31,901 nt of DNA from Candidatus Methylomirabilia bacterium (GCA_041497895.1 JBGQHJ010000041.1:1-31901); one strand, 5' to 3'. Positions 18,501-24,857 are shown, counted from the first letter of the stretch. Made by a program: numbers and translations. Notes: generated by a model not told the origin, from the letters alone.

Positions 18501-19070
18501 CGAGGAGACCTTCACCGAGATGTACTCGACGTCGTCGCGGGCCAGCAGCGCGAGATAGGCCTCGAGCCGTCGCGCCGCCTCGGCCTCGCCCAGGATGGCC
18601 TCGCCGAGCTGGTTGAGGTTGAGGCGGATGCCCGCGGCGCGGCGCTCGGCCAGGTAGCGACGCAGGTCCGCGTCCTCGCCGGGGAGAATGAGCGACTCGG
18701 TCTCGTGCCGCAGGCGGGCCACGATCGAGGGGACCACGAGGCTCGGCAGGTACTGGCCCATCAATGCGCCCAGCGTGAGGCCGATGCGCTCCCACCACTC
18801 CATGAAGCGCGGCGCGCCGTAGCGCTCGAGCAGGTAGTGCAGCTGATCCGCGATGCGCTCCGGCCGGCGGCTGCGGAAGGCCTGGTCGGTCAGCGCGATC
18901 GTGAGCTCCTTGCCGCGCGGGTCCTCCATCAGGCGGGTCAGCCGCTCGGCCCGCGCGCGCTCGTCGTGCGTCTGCCCGGCGCGCGCCTCGCGCAGCAGCG
19001 CCTCCGCCAGCTCGACCGCGCGGCGAGCTCGCTCCCGACGGACGACGGCGGTGGTCGCGCTGCCTGCCAT
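15516..19070 (-). CDS. putA: Bifunctional proline dehydrogenase / L-glutamate gamma-semialdehyde dehydrogenase PutA
   Basis: PRODH motifs NQLGEA, YISVK, NLDMEEY, RIVKGAN, FEMLEGMA, YLVRRLDEN; ALDH motifs PPWNFP, ETSGKN, GQKCSA, ECFGPVL, QPFGGWK; 1184 aa. Confidence 0.93.
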   Translation of the reverse strand: MAGSATTAVVRRERARRAVELAEALLREARAGQTHDERARAERLTRLMEDPRGKELTIALTDQAFRSRRPERIADQLHYLLERYGAPRFMEWWERIGLTLGALMGQYLPSLVVPSIVARLRHETESLILPGEDADLRRYLAERRAAGIRLNLNQLGEAILGEAEAARRLEAYLALLARDDVEYISVKVSSVSSQIDLTAFRHTVEVVKDRLRTLYRQAQRHQYRHPDGRVTPKFVNLDMEEYRDLDLTVAAFREVLDEGEFHALPAGIVLQAYLPESHRAQRTLVAWALARAERGGAPIKLRIVKGANLAMERIEADLHGWPQAPYAVKGEVDANFKRMVEYGCRPEHAHAVHLGIASHNLFDVAYGLLLRAEAGIERWVEFEMLEGMANHQARVVQARAGGLLLYAPVVRAEDFHSAIAYLVRRLDENTAPDNFLRHVFGLEPGSPDWVLERDRFLAAFDRLDADLSDTPRRTQDRAVEPGAAAADLAAPFRNEPDTDWALPANRDWIERVREAWRERPPESVPLQIAGELIAGAGQAEGRDRSRPERVAYRHGLADRAQLGRALDAARVAQAAWADRPPAERRALIDGAAAMLARRRGDLIGAMIVDGAKTVAEADSEVSEAIDFARYYARALGPGDAADGARMEPLGVVMVAPPWNFPLSIPAGGVLAALAAGNAVLLKPAPEAVLVGWHLARALWDAGIPREALQLVPLRDDEVGRDLVTDPRVDGVILTGAVETARRFLGWRPDLALFAETSGKNAMIVTALSDRDQAIRDLVRSAFGHDGQKCSAASLAICLAEVYDDPAFRRQLRDAAESLAVGSAWDPASRITPLTQPPGEALRRALTTLDPGEEWLLEPRAVAGEAPLWSPGIKLGVRRGSVFHLTECFGPVLGLMRAVDLDEAIALVNEIPFGLTSGIQSLDDREIARWQDRIEAGNLYVNRHITGAIVARQPFGGWKASSVGPGAKAGGPNYVAQLGHWCQVARPVLGAPLSPAVEALLDRCLAAVEPGEAAATLRAAAASYAHAWREHFGREHAPVPLLGERNVLRYRPCRRVLVRGEAATPAGRLALAQVLLAARTCGVPLELSLAEGEPAAWPGEDADVTIGVEPEAGLLARLAPGGAERLRALVLLSREARAAAHAAGVVVLDAPVLATGRLELRAYLREQAISRTVHRYGNVMEETSA

Positions 19071-19089
19071 CGCCGCAGTCTACCCCACC

Positions 19090-19126
19090 CCCTCTCCCCC
19101 CCGCGGAGAGGGCCGGGGTGAGGGGG
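19090..19126 (+). repeat. REP-like hairpin (copy 2, degenerate)
   Basis: CCCTCTCC...GGAGAGGG followed by CCGGGGTGAGGGGG, immediately upstream of putA. Confidence 0.75.
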
Positions 19127-19151
19127 CGCCTGTCACTCCCAGGGGTTCTCA

Positions 19152-19166
19152 TGTAATTCCTACAAG
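19152..19166. promoter_or_regulatory. Candidate activator (bEBP) binding site
   Basis: TGTAATTCCTACAAG is 14/15 identical to the reverse complement of 22180-22194; about 83 bp upstream of a sigma54-type promoter. Confidence 0.6.
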
Positions 19167-19240
19167 TCACGACGTCACGCCGAAGACACACAGAGCCGGA
19201 CCGTGCCATCTAACCCCGTGTAATGACAGGCCAGAACCCA

Positions 19241-19255
19241 TGGCACCCCGGATGC
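19241..19255 (+). promoter_or_regulatory. Sigma54-type -24/-12 promoter
   Basis: TGGCACCCCGGATGC (GG-N10-GC), about 30 nt upstream of ATG 19286. Confidence 0.7.
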
Positions 19256-19285
19256 ACTGTCTGCATACCGACGGGGCAAACGCAG

Positions 19286-19675
19286 ATGAGCCTCCTATTC
19301 AACGTGAGCACCACCTCCGGCCGGATCCTCGTCGTCGACGACGATGCCGGCGCGCGGGACCTGATCGTGTCGAGCCTCCGCGCCGACGGCCACGACGTGG
19401 ACGCCAGCGGCAATGGCATCGAGGCCCTCCGCCTGCTGGGGCGGGAGTGGTACGACCTGATCGTCTCCAACCTCCAGATGCCCGAGCTGGACGGCCCGAG
19501 CCTCTACACCGCGGTGACGCAGCGGTGGCCCGCGCAGCCGCCGCCCCTGCTGTTCCTGGCCGGGCTCGGCGGCACGTCCGGGTACGACGGCTTCCTCAAG
19601 GTGATCCGGGCTCACGTGCTGCCGAAGCCGTTCACGATCCGGGCCCTGCGCCGGGCCATCCACGAGATGCTGTGA
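19286..19675 (+). CDS. Single-domain response regulator-like (pseudo-receiver) protein
   Basis: RILVVDDD, YDLIVSNLQMPELDG, LPKPF; CheY-like layout but the phospho-acceptor position is Asn. Start ATG 19286 (or GTG 19304). Confidence 0.85.
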   Translation: MSLLFNVSTTSGRILVVDDDAGARDLIVSSLRADGHDVDASGNGIEALRLLGREWYDLIVSNLQMPELDGPSLYTAVTQRWPAQPPPLLFLAGLGGTSGYDGFLKVIRAHVLPKPFTIRALRRAIHEML

Positions 19676-19692
19676 CACACGGAGGTGAAGCG

Positions 19693-20229
19693 ATGACGCG
19701 TGCTCCGGTGCGGTCGAAGCAGTGGCTGGTCGTCGTCGCGCTCGGGGCCGGCGTCGCGGCCGGATGCGCGGCGCCGCTCTCCGGTGAGATTCCCGCCTAT
19801 CCCACCGCGAGCCAGCTCGAGGTGGACACGCGGGCGTGCGAGGAGGCCGCGACCGGGCGCGCCGAGTTCGAGCGCCGCGCGGATTACATGGCCTGCATGA
19901 TCTCGCGAGGCTATCGCACCTACGTCTCGGTGGCCACCTACTGGAATCTCGCCGAGCTGAACGTGTCGGTCGGCGGCAAGGGCAAGCAGGCTCAGGCCCA
20001 GCACACCCAGAGCCAGGTGCTCCTCGATCTGCAGACCTGCGCCACCGACGCGGGCGCGGTCGCCGGCGCCCGTCCGCTGGAGCTGGCCGAGGCGATGGAC
20101 TGGGTCAATGTCAAGGTGCTCCGCCGGGGCGAGCGCATGCGCGACGGGGCCCTCGCCGGCACCGTCGCCGAGTGCCTCGGCAAGCGCGGCTACACCGCCC
20201 GCGCCCCCAAGCGCCTCGCCTCCGAGTAG
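19693..20229 (+). CDS. Hypothetical lipoprotein with two Cys-pair repeat modules
   Basis: GGAGGT RBS, then MTRAPVRSKQWLVVVALGAGVAAG-C lipobox; repeated D.x.C...C(M/L)xxRGY; 178 aa. Confidence 0.75.
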   Translation: MTRAPVRSKQWLVVVALGAGVAAGCAAPLSGEIPAYPTASQLEVDTRACEEAATGRAEFERRADYMACMISRGYRTYVSVATYWNLAELNVSVGGKGKQAQAQHTQSQVLLDLQTCATDAGAVAGARPLELAEAMDWVNVKVLRRGERMRDGALAGTVAECLGKRGYTARAPKRLASE

Positions 20230-20238
20230 CCGCTCCCA

Positions 20239-20280
20239 CCCTCTCCCCCTCCGGGGAGAGGGCAGGGTGAGGGTGAGGGT
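20239..20280 (+). repeat. REP-like hairpin (copy 3)
   Basis: CCCTCTCCCC-CTCC-GGGGAGAGGG-CAGGGTGAGGGTGAGGGT, 9 nt after a stop codon. Confidence 0.9.
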
Positions 20281-20367
20281 GGCAACCCCCCGGCACTCTC
20301 TTCCGTCTCCGCAACGCGCGCTCGGTCAACCGAGCCACCTGGTCCCCGAATCCCCGAAGCGCACGCG

Positions 20368-20382
20368 CGGCACAGGCCTTGC
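20368..20382 (+). promoter_or_regulatory. Sigma54-type -24/-12 promoter
   Basis: CGGCACAGGCCTTGC, near-consensus, followed by AGGAG (20403-20407) and ATG 20418. Confidence 0.75.
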
Positions 20383-20417
20383 CCCCTGAGATCGTCATGA
20401 CCAGGAGAATCGATCTC

Positions 20418-20564
20418 ATGCGCTGGAAGGCACCGCTGACGGCGATCGCAACGAGCCTGATCCTCGCCGGGACCGCCGGGGCCCGATCTGCATGCCCGCG
20501 ACCCCGGGCGCGCCGACTCCCCCGCCCATCCGGTAGTCGAGGCGAGCGTCGCGCGCGCAGCTAG
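20418..20564 (+). pseudogene. Probable remnant of a secreted-protein gene (signal peptide only) or a 48-aa small protein
   Basis: Promoter and RBS, then MRWKAPLTAIATSLILAGTAGA (signal peptide with AxA site), then low-complexity Arg/Pro/Ser sequence ending at the convergent gene. Confidence 0.5.
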
Positions 20565-21037
20565 CCGGCCAGCCGCCACTGCGCGAGCGACGCCCGGGTC
20601 TCGCCCCCGCTCTTGTCGGGAACGACCGCCAGCTCGAGCACCGTCACCCCGGACAGCTCCACGCGGTAGTCTTCGGCCTCGCGGATCGTCTCCGGCGGGC
20701 CGAAGTTCCACTGCTGGCGGACGATCTCCCGCACCGTTCGCCCGCCGTCGGGCGACCAGCGCAACACGAACTCCTGCGTGCGGGCCATGTCGGGCTCGAT
20801 GAACAGGAGCCAGATCCGGCTCAGGCGCTGCGGCCGATCGAAGATCAGGCGGATGGTCTGCGCGCCCGGCTGCGCGGCGCGCCAGCCGCCTCCCTCACCG
20901 GGCACCAGCGCCGACTCGACAGGGTGCGCGGCGTCCTCCGACGTGACTTCCACCCGCGCGAGCTCCTCGACGTCCAGCCACCCCTGCTCGGCGGTCGCGA
21001 CCTCGCTGGCCGCCGGCTTGATCACGCGCTTGCGCAT
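20561..21037 (-). CDS. Conserved 'carbohydrate-binding' protein (galactose-binding/discoidin-like fold)
   Basis: GGAGG RBS; MRKRVI...WLDVEELARVEVTSED..HPVESAL..GWRAAQPG.QTIRLIFD.PQ...RTQEFVLRWS...EIVRQQWNF; 158 aa; family recognised from memory. Confidence 0.75.
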   Translation of the reverse strand: MRKRVIKPAASEVATAEQGWLDVEELARVEVTSEDAAHPVESALVPGEGGGWRAAQPGAQTIRLIFDRPQRLSRIWLLFIEPDMARTQEFVLRWSPDGGRTVREIVRQQWNFGPPETIREAEDYRVELSGVTVLELAVVPDKSGGETRASLAQWRLAG

Positions 21038-21067
21038 GGTTGTCGTGCCTCCCGCATCGTTGAACAA

Positions 21068-21082
21068 GCAAGCAAGGTGCCG
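21068..21082 (-). promoter_or_regulatory. Sigma54-type -24/-12 promoter
   Basis: Minus strand reads CGGCACCTTGCTTGC, 30 nt upstream of ATG 21037. Confidence 0.75.
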
Positions 21083-21202
21083 CGAGCCGCCCATTCGCCT
21101 TCACGCGATGGCCGGAAGGCTTTACCGGGTCACGCCGGGTCAGCCGGCTCCACACCACGCGCCGGTACCGCCTTTCTCCATCTGCCACCGTGCGCTCAGG
21201 GG

Positions 21203-21505
21203 ATGTCGCGGGACGGCCGCGCCTTCTGCGAGGCGCTGTTGACGTACGGCGAGGTGCTCGCCGTACGATTGGGCTATCTACCCGAAGCGCTGCTCTGGCT
21301 GGTCACCTCGCCGCAGCAGGCGCGGATCATGCGCGGGCATCAGCCGAACGTGCCGATCCTGACCCTGGCGGAAGCACAGGACCTCCCGACCGCGGTCGGT
21401 GATCTGTGGCCCGGCAGCCTGATGGAGGTGGCGGGACGCTTCGCCATCGCTGCTCCGGGCACGTCCGAGTGGCCGGAGGACGATGACGACGACGAGTGGG
21501 CGTGA
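21203..21505 (+). CDS. Hypothetical protein with acidic C-terminus (possibly a fragment)
   Basis: About 100 aa of protein-like composition ending EWPEDDDDDEWA; start uncertain. Confidence 0.45.
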   Translation: MSRDGRAFCEALLTYGEVLAVRLGYLPEALLWLVTSPQQARIMRGHQPNVPILTLAEAQDLPTAVGDLWPGSLMEVAGRFAIAAPGTSEWPEDDDDDEWA

Positions 21506-21518
21506 GGCAGTGTCGCCG

Positions 21519-21926
21519 CTATCGCTGCGGTGGCGGCGGCGGCGGAGCCGGCGCGGCCGGAACCCAGACCCACTGCCACGGCTGGCGGACTCCATCGCCG
21601 TAGAGCACGTAGCGGCCGTGGGGATAGACGACCTCACGCTGAACCGCGGGCGGCGGAAGCGGCGTGTAGGCGGGCGCCGCCTCGTAGACGACGGTGGGCG
21701 GGGCCGCGTAGTAGGCCGGCGGCGGCGCGTAGTAGTAGGGCGGAGACGCGGCGGCGACCGCCGCGCCCAGCGCGAGCCCGCCGAAGATCGCCCCCGGCAG
21801 CCACCAGCCGCCCCAGCAACAACCGCCATGGAAATGACCGCCACCTCGTCCCCAGGCCTCGCTCGGCACGACCGTGATCGAGAGCAGCATCACGACGACC
21901 AGGACCGCGGCAGCCAGCTTTCTCAT
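21519..21926 (-). CDS. Secreted Pro/Tyr-rich hypothetical protein
   Basis: GGAGGT RBS; signal peptide ending SEA, Gly-rich segment, hydrophobic helix, YYAPPP repeats, REVVYPHGRYVLYGDG..PWQWVWVP. Confidence 0.75.
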   Translation of the reverse strand: MRKLAAAVLVVVMLLSITVVPSEAWGRGGGHFHGGCCWGGWWLPGAIFGGLALGAAVAAASPPYYYAPPPAYYAAPPTVVYEAAPAYTPLPPPAVQREVVYPHGRYVLYGDGVRQPWQWVWVPAAPAPPPPPPQR

Positions 21927-22179
21927 TCCCAGGTACCTCCGGGATGAATCCTAGCCTGTTACGGCCGCCATCCGCTAGACGCGGTGTGTCGGGGCTCCAG
22001 GCCCCGGTCGGGGCGAGGCTGCCCGTCGTGCGACAGCGACGGGGGGGCCGGGTGGCCTTCTCTCCGGGGATCCGCCGCAGGCCGGATGCTCCGGGTGCCC
22101 GCCCTCGCCGTCCTGACATTCCTCGCGGTGGGTCTCGGCGCGCTCGTCCACGCGTGGCGGGATCACTGAGCGCGCCGGT

Positions 22180-22194
22180 CTTGTAGAAATTACA
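22180..22194. promoter_or_regulatory. Candidate activator (bEBP) binding site
   Basis: CTTGTAGAAATTACA, an AT-rich pseudo-palindrome TGTA-N5-TACA, about 73 bp upstream of a sigma54-type promoter. Confidence 0.6.
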
Positions 22195-22260
22195 CGACGA
22201 TGTTACCGGGCGGATTGCGGCCACGCTGCGTATCGCCGCGCGGATTCGCACTTGTGGAAG

Positions 22261-22275
22261 CGGCATGCCCGATGC
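22261..22275 (+). promoter_or_regulatory. Sigma54-type -24/-12 promoter
   Basis: CGGCATGCCCGATGC (GG-N10-GC), followed by AGGAGG 22292-22297 and ATG 22305. Confidence 0.65.
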
Positions 22276-22304
22276 CTCACATGGCGAGTACAGGAGGCGT
22301 GGCC

Positions 22305-22517
22305 ATGGACTCACAGTCGCACGGCATTCTCGGAGCGAGCTCCGTCGAGGGGCCGTGCCCGCGGTGCGGTCGCCCGCTGAAGGCGATCCACACCGTGAGC
22401 CAGTACGGCCGGCCCAGCGTGGCCCTGCTGCAGTGCGCGCGCTGCCGGTACATCTGCCAGACCGTGATCCCCGGGCTGTGGCCGGAAGAGGCCTTCCCGC
22501 GCGCCCCCCGCTCCTGA
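22305..22517 (+). CDS. Small zinc-ribbon protein (CxxC...CxxC)
   Basis: AGGAGG RBS; 70 aa with CPRC and CARC. Confidence 0.7.
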   Translation: MDSQSHGILGASSVEGPCPRCGRPLKAIHTVSQYGRPSVALLQCARCRYICQTVIPGLWPEEAFPRAPRS

Positions 22518-22677
22518 ACCACACTCCAACGCGAGGTGACTCATGGTGCAGAGACGGCGCACGCGCGGTTCGGGAGCGCGGCGGAGGCCGAGAGCTTCGA
22601 GGTGAGCCGCGCGCTCGAGTGGATCGAGCAGAACGCGCCCTCGGGCGCGCGCGTGTAAAGCCGAGCGTAAAGCGGCG

Positions 22678-23088
22678 TCAGGCCCGGAGGCCGCTGGCGC
22701 TGCCGACGGCGGTCTTCTCGCCGTGCTGGTTCTGGCACCACACGTCGACGACGACACGCGTCTGCCCGGCCTCTGGGCGCAGCTCCTTGACGACGCCGTG
22801 GACGGTGAGCCGGTCGCCCGCGTAGACGGGCTTGATGAAGGCCATCGACATGGTGCCGCCCTTGACGAAGCCCGCGCCGAGCAGACGCGTCATCATCTCC
22901 GAGACGTAGGCGGTCGACATCATGCCCTGCGCCAGCGTGGTCCGGAACCCCTTCTGGCGCGCCCAGTCCGCGTCGGTGTGGATCGAGCGGGGGCGCACGC
23001 CGGAGTAGACGTCGATCCGGCGCTGCGAGGGCTCCTTCTCGAGCACCGGCAGCTCCTGCCCGACCGCGAGGGCCTCAATGATCGCCAT
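22678..23088 (-). CDS. MaoC-family (hotdog fold) dehydratase subunit
   Basis: SIHTDADWARQKGF..TLAQGMM, MAFIKPVYAGD, VWCQNQHGE; overlaps the upstream MaoC gene. Confidence 0.85.
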   Translation of the reverse strand: MAIIEALAVGQELPVLEKEPSQRRIDVYSGVRPRSIHTDADWARQKGFRTTLAQGMMSTAYVSEMMTRLLGAGFVKGGTMSMAFIKPVYAGDRLTVHGVVKELRPEAGQTRVVVDVWCQNQHGEKTAVGSASGLRA

Positions 23089-23518
23089 GGCGCGTGCCCT
23101 CCGGGATCAGCATCTGGGTGAACTGCCCGCGAACGAGAGGCGTGCCGGCCAGATCCTCCGTGACGTACTCGGTGACCATGTACTGCCGGCCCCGGCGCAC
23201 GTACTTGTCGATGACCCGGCCGCGGGAGCGTACCCGCATGCCGGGCTCGATGGGCTGGAGGAACGCGAACTCCATCTTCGCGTGGAGCCCGGCGTGCACG
23301 ATGTACTTGCCGTGGCGGAGGTGCAGCGCCTGGTTGGCCATCAGCGTCGGGTGCCCCACCGGTCCGCCGAAGGGCGAGGGCCCGAAGAACCACGGATGGT
23401 GGTCCTCCACCGCGAAGGCGTAGGCCTCGATGTCCTCCGGTGTGACCAGGTGCTCGTCGGACACGAAGGTCTCGCCGATCGTCAGCGCGTCGTACGTGAG
23501 CTTCGGGAACTCGGCCAT
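23075..23518 (-). CDS. MaoC-family (hotdog fold) dehydratase subunit
   Basis: Start MAEFPKL at 23518; VTPEDIEAYAFAVEDHHPWF..SPFGGPVGHPT, EFAFLQPI, DKYVRRGRQY; 147 aa. Confidence 0.82.
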   Translation of the reverse strand: MAEFPKLTYDALTIGETFVSDEHLVTPEDIEAYAFAVEDHHPWFFGPSPFGGPVGHPTLMANQALHLRHGKYIVHAGLHAKMEFAFLQPIEPGMRVRSRGRVIDKYVRRGRQYMVTEYVTEDLAGTPLVRGQFTQMLIPEGTRHGDH

Positions 23519-23625
23519 GGGTGCCCCCCTTTCCGGGGGGAAGCATACTACCCAGTAAGGGCACGAATCCATTTGATTGCCACCCCCGCCGGGCCTACTG
23601 TTCCTCCCTCGGGAGGAGGCCCGCG

Positions 23626-24039
23626 ATGGCGACCAACGACAACGCACAGACGCTCGAGCAGGCGTTCCGGACCTGGCACGACTCGAAGGGCAAGCGCGCG
23701 GACGTCTGGCTCGACCTGATGGCCGAGGACGTGCGGTTCCGGTCCCTGGCGGGCGGGGCGCCGGGGGCGGAGTTCACGATCGAGTGCCGCTCGCGCGCCG
23801 ACGTGGCCCGCTACTTCGAGGGCCTCGCGCACGGCTGGGAGATGATCCACTACACGACCAGCGTGTTCGCCGCCGACGGCGACCGCGTGGTCATGCTCGG
23901 GTCCACCGCGTGGCGGAACCGCCAGACCCAGAAGGTCGTCGACACGCCGAAGGCGGACCTCGTCACGTTCCGCGGCGGCCGGATCGTCGAGTTCTCGGAG
24001 TTCTACGACACCTCGAAGCTGCTCGCGGCCACCACCTGA
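23626..24039 (+). CDS. NTF2/SnoaL-like (ketosteroid isomerase-like) protein
   Basis: GGAGG RBS; LDLMAEDVRF, VARYFEGL, ADGDRVV, FRGGRIVEFSEFYDT; 137 aa. Confidence 0.85.
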   Translation: MATNDNAQTLEQAFRTWHDSKGKRADVWLDLMAEDVRFRSLAGGAPGAEFTIECRSRADVARYFEGLAHGWEMIHYTTSVFAADGDRVVMLGSTAWRNRQTQKVVDTPKADLVTFRGGRIVEFSEFYDTSKLLAATT

Positions 24040-24137
24040 CCCCGGCCCGATAGGAGCGGCACCTCGGGCCGCGTCGATTCGCGCGGACATCGCACGCGCG
24101 CTCCTCGGTCGCGGCGGAATCCGCCGGCGCCCAAGGC

Positions 24138-24345
24138 ATGGCCGACCTGTTCGGCAAGGTCGCGGGCACCGTCGTCGTGATCCAGGCCACGGGCCGGGAC
24201 GGCACCGAGATCGGCTCGGGCGTGCTCATCTCCGCGGACGGCAAGATCATGACGGCCGCCCACCTCGTGCACGGGGCGGACGCGGTGGCGGTCAAGTTCC
24301 TCGGCGGCCGGACGGTGCCCGCCCGGGTGGTGGCCTCGGAGCTGG
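24138..24345 (+). pseudogene. Truncated trypsin-like (HtrA/DegP-type) serine protease
   Basis: VVVI...GSGVLISADGKIMTAAHLV...VPARVVASE retains only the catalytic His. Similarity stops before the Asp and the GNSGG Ser, and the ORF runs into the convergent CBS gene. Confidence 0.75.
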
Positions 24346-24357
24346 CGGCGCGGCGGG

Positions 24358-24807
24358 CTACGAACGCGCCGTCGACCCGGCCGGCTCCTGGTACAGGTAC
24401 TCGCGGAGGTAGCGGATCTCCTCGCCCTTGTCCTGCATGTCCACCCGGATCAGGTCGCGGATGGAGAGCATGGAGAGCATCTGCGGGCCCTTGACCACCA
24501 GCAGGTGCCGGATGTTGGCCTGGTCCATCTTCCGCATGGCGGACTGGTAGTCCTCGTCCGGGTCGCCCACCACGAGGTCGGTGGTCATCACGTCGCGGAC
24601 CGGGGTGACGTCGGGATCGAGCCCGCGGTCCACCACGCGCCGGACCACGTCGCGCTCGGAGAAGACGCCGACCAGGCGCTCGCCCTCGAGCACGAGGACG
24701 ATACCCACGTTGTTGGCGGTCATGACCTGCACCGCCTCCCGCACCATCGCGGCGCGCTGCACCACGAAGAGAAATCCGACCCGCATGATCTCGCGCAGCT
24801 TCTTCAT
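24358..24807 (-). CDS. CBS domain pair protein
   Basis: AGGAGG RBS; VREAVQVM..NNVGIVLV..LVGVFSERDVVRRVV, PVRDVMT, IRHLLVV..LSIRDLI; 149 aa. Confidence 0.9.
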   Translation of the reverse strand: MKKLREIMRVGFLFVVQRAAMVREAVQVMTANNVGIVLVLEGERLVGVFSERDVVRRVVDRGLDPDVTPVRDVMTTDLVVGDPDEDYQSAMRKMDQANIRHLLVVKGPQMLSMLSIRDLIRVDMQDKGEEIRYLREYLYQEPAGSTARS

Positions 24808-24857
24808 CGTCAGCCCTCCTGTGGCTCTCGGGCGTTGACGGGCCCCGGCCGGGGCGC

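Noticed and set aside
10865..19121. Long ORFs 12497-15799 (-), 16134-19121 (+) and the 5' part of 10865-13750 (+)
   Set aside because: Antisense or off-frame shadows of real genes with no recognisable motifs; the real ADH starts at 12731.
19194..19208. TGGCACG on the minus strand as a sigma54 promoter for putA
   Set aside because: There is no GC at the -12 position (reads TGGCACGGTCCGGCT).
21114..21126. GGAAGGCTTTACC as a fifth activator site
   Set aside because: The match is weak and only about 38 bp from the 21068-21082 promoter, too close compared with the other sites.
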